The position numbers and the translations under genes are program-made. A DNA stretch of 64,000 nucleotides from Eledone cirrhosa (taxonomy: Eukaryota), in NCBI GenBank assembly GCA_964016885.1, contig OZ024741.1, positions 273,234,001 through 273,298,000 on the forward strand, read 5' to 3'. Positions 27,469 through 41,989 of the stretch are shown here, piece by piece; positions within the stretch are counted from its first letter, which is position 1; each line of letters opens with the position of its first letter. Under the pieces are notes generated by a model. The model did not search any database, was not told the origin of the DNA, and worked only from the letters and a program-made list of their open reading frames with translations.

Positions 27469-28676
27469 AGAGAGAGTTCAAACCTGTGTATGTATGTATA
27501 TTATACAGTGGGAATGGCGAGAGTGAGGTATGAACTGGTATACAGAGAGTGGAGAGAATTTGGTGATCTAGTGTGAGAGGGGGAATTGTGAGAGAGTGAA
27601 GTATGTAGTGGGCTATAGGGAGGGAGAGAGAGAGAGTTTGGTGCTTTAGTGCGAGAGGGAGAATGTTGTTATAGTGCGATAGTGAGGCATGTCACGGTAT
27701 GTAGAGAGGCTGATAAAAGTATAATATTTTAGTGAGGCAGGGGTAATATTTCGAGAGAGAGAGAGAGCGACAAAATAATTGTGTAAGGGAAGAAAAAGTT
27801 TTAATATTGGGTTTCACAGCAAAGTGGCTGTGTATAAGTGTGTGTTTATATGTATATATGTGTGTGTGTATATGTGTATCTCAGGTCACCAGTTGGTGCT
27901 ACTGGTAACATGTATCCCAGTACAACCTGTCTCATGGTCGGGTCGTTGGTGACTAAACTGGCAACCCCACCAAGGTTTCTTGGTGAGGAGGGTGACTTTG
28001 GACATCCTGCAGGACTAAAAACAAAACCTGTCAAAGGGCAAAGGAGCTCTTAAGAGTCAATGGCCATCCACAATCACCGGGAGAGATGGCCCCTTAGCCT
28101 TTGTCAAGGCAGAATTCTAGGAGAAGGAAAACTCTGATATAACACCTGCAATTCTGATGGTATCCAGTGATATTGAATTGTTCTTCTTTTTGGTAAATAT
28201 CATCTTGGTTAAGAGAGTGGGACTGGCTTTGTGCAGTGCCTTTGCTCACTATAAAAGCTTCACGGCACAGGCATTGCTTTATATCTGGAGATCTCTCTGC
28301 ACTTGTCGTCACATGGTACCATGGGCCCAGCACTATGTGTCAATAATTGTCACAAGTGTAGTGTTTGTACCAGAGTTTTCAAGTCACTGGCTGGACTAAA
28401 AAGTTACACTTGTTCAGCGCATCGGTAGGGGTTCTCCTACATGGATATAAAGTAGTGACCGTACTCGAAAACGAGTTGGCAGCCACCATATGTGTATGTA
28501 TGTGTGTGTGTGCGTAAACAAATCATCCTTTTTATTATTATACTAAACTAGACCGTGACCTATTGGTTCACGTTCACTTAAAAATATTTAAAAAAAATCA
28601 TGTTTACTTAAGAATAATTTTTAAATAATTAAATTATACACAGACATGTATATAATGTAAATATATACACACACAC

Positions 28677-28711
<35 letters not shown>

Positions 28712-28725
28712 GTGGGTGAACTGGT

Positions 28726-28780
<55 letters not shown>

Positions 28781-28856
28781 CTCGGGAGCTTCCAACAGAA
28801 ATGGTCGCATTCTTTAAGGGTATGTCAATATTTATTTATAAAACTGATCTATATTA

Positions 28857-28921
28857 TATTTTATCTGATGAAAGCACACCATAATTTAACTTAGTGTCCT
28901 TGAAATATGTATAATGAAATA
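28857..28921 (+). ncRNA. Type I hammerhead, intact core
   Basis: tattttat-CTGATGA-aagcacac..gtgtcctt-GAAA-tatgta-TA-atgaaata. The downstream flank recurs as a palindrome at ~60170-60310. Confidence 0.62.
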
Positions 28922-28962
28922 AATATGGTTTTATAAATATAGTTTCCATTTGTTAATATATC

Positions 28963-29010
<48 letters not shown>

Positions 29011-29726
29011 TAGAGGTGAGAGAGAGAGTTAGACAGACAGATACAAATAGGTAGCTGATTTTGGAGAGAGTTCATTGCTGCTGCCCTTAGGTTACCTTCA
29101 TTCTGTGCTGTGGGTTGACCTGTGATCCTGTACAGCAGAATGTCAAGATGTTTCTTGAAGTCATCCACGTCCGTACCATGCAGATCACATATACACATAA
29201 GATTTAAGATACATTTAGTGTAGGCTGAACAATTTATAAGCCTTGTTGTGAAAAAGGCTTTTGATAGTCGACCAAATAACCGTGAAACGTGTAAAGACAA
29301 TCCCTTAGGTTCTTTTCTTGTATATATGTGTGTGTGGACGAAGAGGATAACAATGTGTAGAGTACTAGGTTGAATATCTCCCCCCCCTCTCTCTCTCTCT
29401 CTTTCTGAATAAAACATGGTGAGTGAACACCACGGGAAAACAGGCAAAAAACAGTACAGTCCCTTCTCATCAGTCGACCGCTGGAGGTCATCGGGTTTTT
29501 GGTTCTTTATGGTCGATACTACTAGCTCCAGTGCACATACGACAGTAACACTGTTTGATTCATTGCACGATCTTATCCATACAGGACACTTTACCCCCCC
29601 CCCCCACCCACCCACATCATTCAAATATCAATTGAATGAATTCTTATTACTGTTGTGTGGGGTGTGTATGCATGTCTGTCTGCCTGCCTGCCTGTCTGTC
29701 TCTCTCTCTGTATGTATGTCTGTATG

Positions 29727-29773
<47 letters not shown>

Positions 29774-29917
29774 ATATCAATTGAATGAGTTATCAATAGT
29801 GTTGTGTAAGGTGTGTATATCCGGCTGGCTCTCTCTTTCTCTTTAGACACACACACACAGATATATATATATATATATATGTTTCATATGTAAATATATA
29901 CAGTATATATATGTTTT

Positions 29918-29973
<56 letters not shown>

Positions 29974-29993
29974 CAAATATATATATATACTTA

Positions 29994-30808
29994 TCTATAT
30001 ATATAAAACTGAAGATGTCTGTATGTGTGTGTGAGTTTGAATCCCTAAAACTCGAGAACCACCCAACCGACTCTTTTCAAACTTTACACATGTAATACTT
30101 ATGGTCCCAAATTTTCAAATTCCTAGGGACCGCATTAGGCGATTTAGCGATCTCTCTATATAATTCTTTCTCTTTTTAGATAGATACATACATATAACGT
30201 CGCGCAGTTATAATATCTGTCTGGCTGTCTGCATTACGTCACTTCCCTGGGGATGTGTGTGTGTGTATGTGTGTGAGAGTTTGAATCCCTAAAACTCGAA
30301 GTACCCAACCAATTTTTTTCAAACTTTACATGTGTATTACTTGTGTTTCAGGGAGTGTTATGCACATAACACTGCGTTTTTTAAGCTTTTTAGTTTTTTT
30401 TTTAGGCGTTACGTCAGACCGATTTCCTTGAAATTGTAACTATGTATTAGTCTCTTCTTCATCCCGTGAGCAAAGAAAATCCAACTTTTTTATGGCCTAG
30501 GTGAAAAAGTTCATCTTTTCAGCTTCTTAAGGCTTTTTGTAGAAAAGTCTAGCCGATTTTCCTGAAATTTCAAGGCATATTATGCACATAAAAAAATTCA
30601 TTTTCTTGATCCCCTAGGGCCCGCATTAGGTGGAAACCTGCATTTTTCCTGTTTCATCGAGGAAAATCTTAAAGATTATCCAGTCATCAGAGTATTCGGT
30701 TTATTTTCTTTACATATTGTCCTGGCATGCAGTTTTTCCAAGATTAGGTCTGTTGGGGGCCCGCGTTCCAAAATACCTTATCCTGTGCAACGCCGGGTAC
30801 CACTGCTA

Positions 30809-30809
<1 letters not shown>
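29994..30809 (+). mobile_element. Non-autonomous Helitron
   Basis: A|TC start and gcaacgccgggtaccactgCTAG|T end; the 5' ~240 bp is shared with the 44546 copy. Confidence 0.75.
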
Positions 30810-30847
<38 letters not shown>

Positions 30848-30849
<2 letters not shown>

Positions 30850-31055
30850 ACGGAGGAGGTGTGGTAAGGAACCAGATGGACCATAACGCACCAGAGTACT
30901 CAATACTTAGTATAGTAGAGTGGGTAATAGGAAAATGTTTAACCCCGACGGCAGTGCTCAAGCCGTTTCGACGGCTATTTCTGGACATAAATAGCCGCCC
31001 AGAAATAGCCGTCGAAACGGCTTGAGCTCTGCCATCGGGGTTAAACATTTTCCTA
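30848..31055. mobile_element. Family B fold-back repeat
   Basis: Long arm on -, short arm on +, 14-nt spacer. Confidence 0.7.
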
Positions 31056-31197
31056 TATATAGATATATATGTATATATGTGTTTTCAAATATATATATAT
31101 ATGTATATATTCATATATATATGTATGTGTATGTGTGTTTTCAAATATATGTATGTATATATTCACACACACACACACACACACACTCAGACTCACA

Positions 31198-31288
<91 letters not shown>

Positions 31289-31667
31289 TTTCAAATAGAA
31301 ATTGTATGACTTTACAATAGTGTTGTAGGGTGTGGGAATGTTCCACTTTGCTATCCATGTTTCTATATTCTCATATTTTATGGGTTGTCCGGTTAGTTAT
31401 ATTACATCAATAGAGAAAATAATAGCAAACCTTCTTACTCTTGAGTCTATTGTACTTGTATGTATGTGGGTGGGTGTGTGTATATATATATATATCTATG
31501 TATATATAATATGTGTGTGTGTGTAAATGTGTGTGTGTGTGAATACGTGTGTGTGAATGCGTATGTATATGCGTATGTATGTGTGTGAATGCGTATGTAT
31601 GTGTGTGTGAATGCGTATGTATGTGTGTGAATGCGTATGTGTGTGTGTGTGTGTGAATGCGTATGTA

Positions 31668-31698
<31 letters not shown>

Positions 31699-31838
31699 GT
31701 GTGTGCGTGTGTGAATGCGTATGTATATATGTGTGTGTGAATGCGTGTGTGTGTGTGAATGCGTGTGTGTGTGAATGCGTATGTATATGTGTGTGTGGGT
31801 GGGTGTATGTGTGTATATATATGTGTGTGTATGTGTGG

Positions 31839-31874
<36 letters not shown>

Positions 31875-32162
31875 GATGGTGTGTGTGTGTGTGTGTGAGC
31901 CTGAGTACCTGATGAGGTCAGTCAAGTATATAGCCATACGATTACAAACACTGGTGGACAACACTGGTGCCTATGTACAATTTTAACAGAGTATTTGTAT
32001 GTGTGTGTGAATGCGTATGTGTGTGTGTGAATGCGTATGTATGTGTGTGTGTGAATGCGTGTGTGTGTGTGAATGCGTATGTATGTGTGTGTGTGTTATA
32101 CCATTCAATAATAATTAATAAAGTTAACAATTTTAAATAGGTAATTTCTTTCCACCCACCTT

Positions 32163-32240
<78 letters not shown>

Positions 32241-32271
32241 ATATATATAAATATATATATATATAAAATAT

Positions 32272-32310
<39 letters not shown>

Positions 32311-32397
32311 ACGAAGGAAATACTGAGGGACAACTATATACACTGTATATTGGAGGAGGCGCTTTCAAACTGGTCATTCATTCGGACATGTGGACAA

Positions 32398-32436
<39 letters not shown>

Positions 32437-32537
32437 TTAGTATATGTTGGTTGTTTACCGACACCTCAGTATGCAGATTGGAGCACTCGACGAAGTACGC
32501 AGGTTGGTTTGGTTACTCCGGAGTAATGTAAAATAAG

Positions 32538-32958
32538 TAAGTCTAACATGTAAAATTTGGCTTCGTTTATTATAAATTCTCTGCTATATATATTTCGGTG
32601 ACAGCTATTATTGGCTGTGGCCTCTTCAGGCAGTCCGAATTACTGTGGAAAAGACAGGTACACATGTTGTTGAAGTGTGTTCCACTCTGTCAATACATCG
32701 ATATGTCCAGCTTCTGGGTGTGTTGTTAGTCCTCCGAGGAACTGGAACCATATGATTCCAGTTCCTCGGAGGACTAACAACACACACAGGAGCTGGACAT
32801 ATCGATGTATTGACAGTTGAACACGCTTCAAAACATGTGTACCTGTCTTTTCCACACTAATTCGGACTGCCTGAAGAGGTCACAGTCAATAATAGCTGTC
32901 ACTGAAATATATATAACAGAATTTATAATAAACGAAGCCAAATTTTACATGTTAGACT

Positions 32959-32962
<4 letters not shown>
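32538..32962. mobile_element. ~210-bp-arm palindrome with a hammerhead in each arm (intact on - at 32581-32633; + copy at 32867-32919)
   Basis: Reverse complement reads ctgc-CTGAAGA-gg..acagc..gctgt..cc-GAAA-tatata-TA-gcag. Centre near 32751; the arms differ by several substitutions. Confidence 0.7.
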
Positions 32963-33017
<55 letters not shown>

Positions 33018-34339
33018 AAAAAAAAGGAAAAGAATGACTTGTAGTTCTAAACAAATTGATTAATTTTATAATTGTTTCTACTTTTGGCACAAGGCCAGCA
33101 GTTACCCAGTACATTACTGGTACTTTATTTTATCGACCCGTAAGGATGAAAGGCAAAGTTAACCCCGACGGGATTTGAACTCAAACCGTAAAGGGACGTA
33201 ACTATGCTAGAAAGCATGGCATCCAATCCTCTACTGATACTGCCAATTCACCGCCCTTAATTTTATAATATTATGAGTTGGTAGATCTAGTAAGTTCTTT
33301 GTTAACTTCGGTAGGAAGATTTTTAAAGATTCCTGGTTAACTTTGTTGGAGAACTTTCTCGCATTCGTCGATGGCAATTGTCAAACTGGGATCAGGTTGT
33401 GTTGCGATGTGTGACTCTATATATGAGAGATTTGGATGTGTCTGGGGGTGGGGTGCGGTGTTAATGAGTGTGGGAGTGTTGATGAAGATTTAAAGGAATT
33501 AAAGCCCACGCCCACACATATACATATATGACAGAAAATGGTGAATGTTGACAACAAGATAATGGGATGGGAGTGTTTAAGAAAGGGGTTGCAAAAGTCC
33601 CTTCCTACTGATTTCATTTCAATAAATGACCTTTGATGAATATAATGGCAGGAAGTTTTTCTACTGCTTCTAATGAATTTTTAAAAATATATTGGAGCTG
33701 ACTTTAGGTTCTAATAGTGACTACCTTTAGCACTTGGATTAACCTATACTCTTGACAGACAATATGATTAACTATTTTACGTATTAATATTTTAATACAC
33801 ACATAGGGCAGTGGATTGGCAATATCGGTAGAGGGTCGGACACCATGCTTTGAAGCATAGAGTTACGGCCCTTTATGGTCTGAGTTCAAATCCCGCCCAG
33901 GTTAACTTTGCCTTTCATCCATACGGGGACGATAAAATAAAGTACCAGTCACACACTGGGGTCGATTTAATCGACTTTCCCTTCCCCTGGCCTTGTGTCT
34001 ATATAAGAAGCCCATATTCTAACACACACACACATATATATATGTATTAAGGAATTTCTTTCTAACCCCCCCCCCTCTGTACAGTAAATCAATATCGACA
34101 ACCTTCGAGACCTCCCCACTGTTATTCAAAAGTTTGTTTCCTTGCTTCCAAATTTTATTTAATAGTATCCCTACTCCCTACTTCCTTCTCTTTTTCATTT
34201 TAAACCTCCTTTTGTCGGTCACACCCGTGACTGACGTAGGTTAGGGTGTAGTCTTAATTGAATATCCACCATTTCTTCTCCTCACGGTCTCAATATACCA
34301 ATTCCTGTCATCCCCATCTCACCTTTTTTTGATTTTCTC

Positions 34340-34645
34340 ATTTCCCACTCCTCTCTCTCCCACCCCCCTCTCTTCCTCCCACCCCTCTCTTCCTCCCACC
34401 CCTCTCTTCCTCCCACCCCCTCTCTTCCTCCCACCCCCTCTCTTCCTCCCACCCCCTCTCTTCCTCCACTCTCCCCCTCTCTTCCTCCACTCTCCCTCTC
34501 TCTTCCTCCACTCTCCCTCTGTCTTCCCCCATCTTCCCCCTCTCCCCCCTCTCCCCCTCTCCTCCTCCTACCCCCCCCTCATCCTATCTCCCCATCTCCC
34601 CCTCTCTTCCCCTCTCTCCCTCACTCTATTTCTCTCTATCTCTCA
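34340..34645. repeat. Polypyrimidine tandem repeat (18-21-bp CCCCTCTCTTCCT units)
   Basis: Seen directly. Confidence 0.9.
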
Positions 34646-35349
34646 GCACATATATATATATATATTTACAAAATAGGAACAATAAAATAATAAAAAGAAA
34701 AAAAATGAAATCTCATCCCCCCCCCCACATCCTTTAAACGCTTGTATTGACAACTTCCTCCTCCCCCACTCACCCTCTCCTTCAATTTCCTGATTCCGTT
34801 CCCTGACAGGCCACCACTTAATAACCCACTGCTTTCTAACAATCAATCATATTCAAAAATATTTATCTTAGAAACAAATTCCTTCCCATACGTAAATTCT
34901 GTCGCTACTCCTTCAGTGGCCAGGTTGTAAGAGGTGTGACGAAAATTGTGATGCCTCGAAATAAATGATTAATGTCTCTCTTGGCATTCCGTCGGTTACG
35001 ATGACGAGTGTTCGAGTTGATACGACCAACGGAACAGCTTTCTCAGTAAATTAACGTAAAAGTGGCTGAGCATTCCACAGACACGCGTACCCTTTACGTA
35101 GTTCTCAGGGAGATTCAGCGTGACACTGAATGTGACACGGCCAGTCCTTCAAATTACTGGTATAACTCATTTTTGCCAGGTGAATGGATTGGAGAAACAT
35201 GAAATAAAGTATGTTGCTCAAGGACACACGTGCTGCCAGGAATCGAACTCATGAACTTACAAACCCGGGCTGCAATTACAGTGCAACTATGTGTCAGTGA
35301 CCAGATTGTAAGGGCTGTGTCTGAAAGTGTGGGTGGGTGTATATATATA

Positions 35350-35722
35350 TCAAACTGAAAATCCGAAGGCAAGGTAAAATTCCAATCATTTAATCACGAC
35401 ATATGTTTCAATAAGAGATAGATCGATTGTGAATCCATGATCGATTATCACTGATCTCACCAGGTGAAAATGAATTGTCTTCAAATTCTTGATATGAGGG
35501 AGAAAAATAACGATGTTCTCTCACAGAATTCATTCCCTCATATCTGTGAGAGAACATCGTTATTTTTCTCCCTCGTATCAAGAATTTGAAGACAATTCAT
35601 TTTCACCTGGTGAGATCAGTGATAATCGATCATGGATTCACAATCGATCTATCTCTTATTGAAAAATGTGTCGTGATTAAATGATTGGAATTTTACCTTG
35701 CCTTCGGATTTTCATTTTGATA
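35350..35722. mobile_element. ~175-bp-arm inverted repeat with a degenerate hammerhead
   Basis: cac-CTGGTGA-long stem II-GAAA-catatg-TC-gtg (A6 changed to G in both arms); 15-nt spacer near 35535. Confidence 0.55.
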
Positions 35723-35856
35723 CTTATACTCCGTTTTACATCATCTAGCTGTTCCCTCGAATGGAATTGGAGATATACAAAAGCTTGGAGAACTTAATAT
35801 TGCTAACATAAAGTTATTGGACCATTTTACACAACCAATAATGCACCTTACTATAA

Positions 35857-35928
<72 letters not shown>

Positions 35929-36509
35929 TGTGTGTGTGTGTGTCTTTGTGTGTGTATGACTGTCCCCCTCAAATCAAGTCACTCGCCAAAATAAGCACAA
36001 ATCCGAAATTTCTAAATAAAAATTTCTTTGGAATATCAGACCGAATTTCCTCCTTCATTTTCTACCAATTATCATGTTTCATGTCTTCAGCTTCCTAACC
36101 TATTTTGTTTGTTTTTTCTTCTAAAAAAAAAAAAGGGATGTGGCCTGGCGTGGGGTGGGGTGGGATGGAACAAAACCCAACATAACATTTCTGTAAATAT
36201 TTTTCATTGAAGAATTTAAAGAAAACCGAATATATATATATAGATATATATATATATCTTCTTCTTCGCCCACTTATTCCTGAGAGGGTCGTGGTGAGCA
36301 GTCCTCATACACTACCTCAAGTGGGTCCTGTCAAAGTAACCGTCTCCAACTGATCCAGCTGGATCCCCAAGCGTGACCAGCCAAGCACATGGATGTTATC
36401 CAATCCTCTTGCTCAGCGTCCACCACTGGGTCTCCTACCAGTTTTGTCCGTAAAATCTGTCCAGCGATTCTTTCCTGAGACATTCTAACCACATGGGCAT
36501 AGTATCGGA

Positions 36510-36568
<59 letters not shown>

Positions 36569-36708
36569 TGAGATTCTACAGGACTAGAACTGTTTCATTC
36601 TTTAGAAATCTAGTCCTGTAGAATCTCATCTATATTAAAACTTTTATACTCTGCTATGTATTGAGTACCTTCCTTACTGTGGTTACCTCCGATTCAACCC
36701 GGAATAAC

Positions 36709-36743
<35 letters not shown>

Positions 36744-36882
36744 TATATATATATATATATATAGATATGTGTGTGTGCGTGTGCAGAAAGTTCAGTAAAT
36801 CTGAAGAAAACAAGTGTGAGAACCAAAGTCACCACTCGATGCAGAGCTGAGCAATAAATCTCCTATGTAACACCTTCACTTT

Positions 36883-36929
<47 letters not shown>

Positions 36930-36930
<1 letters not shown>

Positions 36931-37807
36931 TAGCTGACTGATCCGGCGTTACCTGGGTTACTGCTGTTCTTATTCAGATTAGTAAACATTTTTTTCTCAT
37001 AATTATTTCAAAATATCTATATTTTATAAAAAAAAATATCAAAATTGTAATAATAGAATTTAGGAATGAAAATCTGTCAATCTTGAAGCACCCAAGGTAA
37101 ACAATATTCATTGTGTAACTTTGTGTCCAAATGAATAAATTGTTGCTGCTTTCAACTAGTGGGGAACCAACATAGAGTTGACTGTGGCAGAAACATATAG
37201 TAGAGAGATCAAGTCCAACTACCTTGAGGGATTGACCCTGAGATTTGTTAATTGCAAAATTCAAATGGAATGTATGTATGTATGAGAGGAATTTTTAGAA
37301 TAAAGACATTTTTTTTTCAATATTGTAAACAAATTCCAAAAGAAATATATATTATTATTTTTGAATGCAGTGTAAATTAACCAGATATAAGCAAATGTAT
37401 TAACACACACTCACACAAACATACACTTATAAAAGACACACACAGACAAACATTCATACAAACACACAATTTCATCTCCAGCGTTTCATTGTGTCAGTCG
37501 TCACAGAAATGTATGTATACTCACACACACACACATACGCACTGCTACATACACTCGCACACATATACTTGTCAGTCATCACATGTGTAGATGTGTGTGT
37601 GTTTGTTTGATTCTCTGTGTATCTGATTAAATATTTACGTGAAGATGTATGTGTATGTAACTTACTAAGGTCTAACGAACGTAACGAACGCGTAAACACA
37701 CACACACACTCATAAACACACACACACTCATAAACACATACACACTCATATACAAAATGTGACGTCGTTGTGTTATAAAATGTCCGTTTTATAGTTGACT
37801 ATAGTAG
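36930..37807 (-). mobile_element. Non-autonomous Helitron retaining a PIF1-helicase C-terminal remnant
   Basis: FAINKSQGQSLKVVGLDL..CFCHSQLYVG...TMNIVY (36974-37264); 3' hairpin ccaggtaacgccgg + CTAG|T; likely 5' end TCTACTA at ~37807. Confidence 0.75.
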
Positions 37808-38080
37808 ATTATTTTAGATAAAATGTTATATTGTTTTAATCCAAATGAAAATAAAAATTACATGTTAATCCCGGGGTCTAATATTATTACCTTGATTTGA
37901 TCGAGCCATTTGAGAATGCATGAGACAGAGCGACAAAGAATTATATATATATATATATCATACACAAAACGCCAATTTTGCAAGAGATGTCAACATGAAT
38001 GGACCTGTTATTTTTATCTAAAGACACTTTTTCCAATTCCAACCCACCCATCTCCTCAATCTATCTTATTTTTCATTCTT

Positions 38081-38116
38081 TCTTCTGATGAAGGAGTAAC
38101 GTCCGAAACGTTAAGA
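38081..38116 (+). ncRNA. Minimal type I hammerhead (family of 10590; a mutated copy lies at ~1455-1490 on -)
   Basis: tctt-CTGATGA-a-gga gtaacg tcc-GAAA-cg-TT-aaga. Confidence 0.62.
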
Positions 38117-38190
38117 CCTTCTTCCTGTTATATCAACCTTTAACCTAATATATACGTTCCATGTGTTGTTATTTCTGTTTACCTTTTACG

Positions 38191-38232
<42 letters not shown>

Positions 38233-38548
38233 AGTTAAAACCATTTAGTCATCCATTTGTTCACGTGTATGTTACGCTTTAGTTACATACACACACATCT
38301 ACACGTAGATACAGACAACAGAAGGAAGGGGCTGGTGAAACACTATAGCAATGTGTGTTGCCTCCCTTTATGGGTTACCGGCTACATAGCCTATTCGTTT
38401 TTTAATACAGTCTCTGACCAACTAAAGCATTTTATGTGATATTTAATAGGCTCAAACTATCTTCTAAACATTTAGATGACCATTCGCTATCAATTTTAAA
38501 GTAGTGACTACGTCACTTACTTATATTTTCGGTAAAGGCTGGAAGAAT

Positions 38549-38589
38549 GGCTGACAGCTGTTTCTCGCTGCTTGGCGTTTATCAAAGCC
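38549..38589 (-). ncRNA. Type I hammerhead, U3-A8 variant (same family as 7207)
   Basis: Reverse complement reads ggct-TTGATAA-a cgc caagca gcg a-GAAA-cagctg-TC-agcc; palindromic stem III; stem II closing pair is mismatched. Confidence 0.6.
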
Positions 38590-38774
38590 ACAGCTAGAAA
38601 CAGCTGGCAGCTATTCTCCCAACCTTTGCCGAAAATATAAGTGATAGTCACTACTTTAAAATTGATAGCGAATAGTCTTCTAAATGTTTTTAATTAAACA
38701 TACGGTATATTACCAAATATACTATACATACATTCATGTATACATCGCTATTTCAGAGCACCAATACTAATACC

Positions 38775-38812
<38 letters not shown>

Positions 38813-39179
38813 TATATATATATATATATAAGAGAGTATTGAAGTTTGCTTGAAGCATTGTGGAATAATAAGGTAAATTTCTTTAAGTCGTTTGGAAGCC
38901 TCGACAATGCAAATGGGTAAATCTCCGGGTAACAAGATCCGGTGGTGGAGAGAGAGATGTAAGTGGGTGTACGTTGAGATGCGTGGCGTGTAGAAGACGT
39001 GTAGAGGAATGAAGGAAAGAGCGTAAAGAATAAAATAAAAATAACAACACGAGAGAGAGTTACCTTGGGAGAGATTTAATTTATATATATATATATAATC
39101 GAGAGAGAGAGAGAGAGAGAGAGAATTAGTTCCACAACAAATAAGCAAATGCTAAATTTTTGTGGAACTAACTCTACAC

Positions 39180-39912
39180 CGATGGCGTCCTTTGGTAATT
39201 CTTAACTCGACAAAACGTGATCTCCGACTTGCACTTGATAGGTTTGATGTCGAGTGCTGCATGACTGGAATGCAAATCAGTGCTGCGAAAACTGAGACAC
39301 TCGCCCTTTCAAGGAAGCCTGCTTAGTGCACACTTCATGGAAATGGAGTTCCACTGAAGCAAGTCGAAATGTTCAAGTATCCCAGGCCATGTTCACGAAT
39401 GATGGAAGGCAGGAAGCTGAATTAAGTGCAAGAATTGCAGGAGCTGGTGCTGTAATGCATCAGCTTCAGCATTCGGTAAACAGGAGAGAGGTAGGTGTAA
39501 AGCCAAACTCGCTTTCAATTCGGTATTCGTGACAACCCTTACCTTTGGTCATGAATCTTGGATAATGATCGAAAGAGTATGATCGCGAATATAAGCCGAA
39601 AAGGGGTTTCTCCGAAGGGCCTTTGGAGTAATGTTTCTTGGTAGAGTGCGTAGCTCGGAGACCAGAGAGTCATTCCAGGTAGAACTGCTTCATCTTCTTA
39701 TTGAAATATCACATCTCTGACAGTACGGGTAAAACCAACCGGCAGGGTACCCAGTGGTAGACACCGAGCAAGATAACATCCATGAACTCGCCTAGTCTAG
39801 CTGGGGATCCAGCCGGATCAGTTGGAGACAGTTGCTTCTGACAGGGCCCGCTATAAGGAGTGTTTGAGGACTCTGCCCGCTCGACCCTCTCAGGAATAAG
39901 TGGGCGAAGAAG
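39180..39912 (+). mobile_element. Degenerate RTE-clade LINE, 3' part
   Basis: LDRFDVECCMTGMQISAAKTE..PLKQVEMFKY..FTNDGRQEAELSARIAGAG..TLTFGHESW; (GAA)n tail. The same 3' end occurs at 15430-15690(-), 25295-25530(-) and 36258-36510(-). Confidence 0.85.
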
Positions 39913-40049
39913 ATATAAAATACTCTACATTGTCCAGACGAACTCGTATTTTATGCAGTGATACAGTTTATATTTTAAATACTAGAAAAAATATCAGATT
40001 TTCTAAATTAGATATAATTTTTACTTTCCTAAGATTTTCGACAGACCCT

Positions 40050-40487
40050 TCATCTTCGTCGTTGTCTTCTACTTCTTTCATTTCCTTCTTTCGTTTCATT
40101 CTTTCGTTTCCTTCTTTCGTTTCCTTCTTTCGTTTCCTTCTTTCGTTTCCTTCTTTCGTTTCCTTCTTTCGTTTTCCTTTCTTCTTTCGTTTTCCTTCCT
40201 TTTTTCGTTTTTCTTTCGTTTTCCTTTCTTCTTTCGTTTTCCTTTCGTTTTCCTTTCTTCTTTCGTTTTTCTTTCGTTTTCCTTTCTTCTTTCGTTTTCC
40301 TTCTTTCGTTTTCCTTTTTCCGTTTTCCTTCTTCCGTTTTCCTTCTTCCGTTTTCCTTCTTTCGTTTTCCTTTCTCTTTTCTTTCTCTTTTCTTTCTCTT
40401 TTCTTTCTCCTTTCGTTTTCCTTTCTGTTTTCTTTTTCTTTTCTTTTTCTTTGTTCCTCTTTTTCTTTTCTTTTTTCTTTTTTTTCT
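40050..40487. repeat. Pyrimidine-rich low-complexity tract (TTTCG/TTCC)
   Basis: Seen directly; explains the K/E/R-rich and F/S-rich ORFs. Confidence 0.9.
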
Positions 40488-41918
40488 AAAAGCTTTTCCA
40501 CTGATAATAATGGTTTCTGATTTAGGCACAAGGCCAACAATTTTTTGGGAGGAGAAATTTGATTAAATTGACTCCAGTGCGTGACTGGTACTTTATTTTA
40601 TCGACCCCGTAAGGACGAAAGGCAAAGTTAACCTCGGCGGGATTTGAACTCAGACCATAAAGGGACGTAACTCTTTGCTGCAGTAATAATTGTTTTTACT
40701 TTTGGCACAAGGCCAGCAATTATCCTAGTGTATTACTGGTACTTTATTTTATCGACCCCGTAAGGATGAAAGGCAAAGCTAACCTCGGCGGGATTAACTT
40801 TGCCTTTCATCGGAGTAATAATAATAACTCTACAGTCTTTACTCTGATATGTAATTGCATTTCCCTTAATAAATGCCCTCTAATCGGTAATTACTTTTTG
40901 AAGGCGCTAGTATATTGTGAAGGCACGTGATTTCGTGGTTAAAGGTATTCGGCTGACTGTCGATAGGTGGTGAATTCAATTCCTGATGTCACGTCTGTCC
41001 TTGAGCAAGATTTAATTCAACGTTACTCCAGTTCTCTCAACTGGAAAAATAATTTATATATGTATTTCAAAGGGCCAGTGTTGTCACTCATTGGGTCACG
41101 CTAAATATTCCACTGAAAACTAACATTAAGAGGTACACGTGTCTGTGGATTGCTCAGCCACTTGCACGTTTGTTTTATGATCAGGTTGTTCTGTTGATAA
41201 ACCAACTAAAACACTCGTCGTCACAACTGACGGAGACCCAACATACACATATTGACAGGGTGGAATTTGACAATAACGATATGCCAAAAACTATATCAGA
41301 TGGACTAAGAACTGCTTCAATTAATAATCCCTATAAATGTTCAACTTGCAATCATCTGCGCTTAACTATTAATGGAGTCGTAGTGGCGCCGTCATTGCAT
41401 GTGCCATCTCTTGGAAACGTTTTAAAACTCTTTATGGATCCCATCCCACTCCAAGTCGGAACATAACCGATTACTTTCAGAGAAATACAGAGAGAGTAAG
41501 CTAGAGTGAATTGAGAGAGAGAGAGGGTTAATTGAGAAAAAGAGATAGATAGATAGATAGACAGACAGAGAATAAAGAGGAAGAACTGACTTCTGTATTG
41601 AACCAGTACATTATCGATCTCGAAAGGATGAAAGGCGAAGTTATCCTCGGCGGGATTTGAACTGTGAGCGTTAAGAACCGGTACTAATACCGCAAAGCAT
41701 TTCATCTGACATTCTCACGATTCTGGCAATTTTCCGCCTTGCTAGCTATTATGCATGAATACAAGGTTCCGTAATACCCGAGGGAGTCGTAAGGGGCACC
41801 ACATTGACACACGGCGTTTCTAGGGCATTTCAAAACCCAATAAGGCCTATCTCCTTTCCAGGTCTGAATACAGCAGATTTCTTCCAGAGAAGGATAGAAT
41901 GTGAGAGAATGGAAGATA

Positions 41919-41989
<71 letters not shown>

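Noticed and set aside
29416-29424. ATG|gtgagt as an alternative first exon of the SH2 gene
   Set aside because: Phase 0 is incompatible with the phase-2 acceptor at 53373 and would give a short out-of-frame peptide.
28953-29784. 223-aa and 122-aa overlapping ORFs
   Set aside because: Composite of a CR1 3' fragment, microsatellites and unique sequence; no recognisable domain or exon structure.
31908-31975. Isolated CTGANGA motifs (also ~7625, ~47331, ~45361)
   Set aside because: No convincing stem II / GAAA / stem III / stem I closure; the 45361 motif is antisense CR1 3' end.
36974-37264. Host PIF1 helicase gene
   Set aside because: Degenerate motifs and an adjacent hairpin + CTAG terminus identify it as a Helitron remnant.
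39900-40540. K/E/R-rich and F/S-rich ORFs of 159-206 aa
   Set aside because: Low-complexity tract open in several frames, with no splice or domain support.
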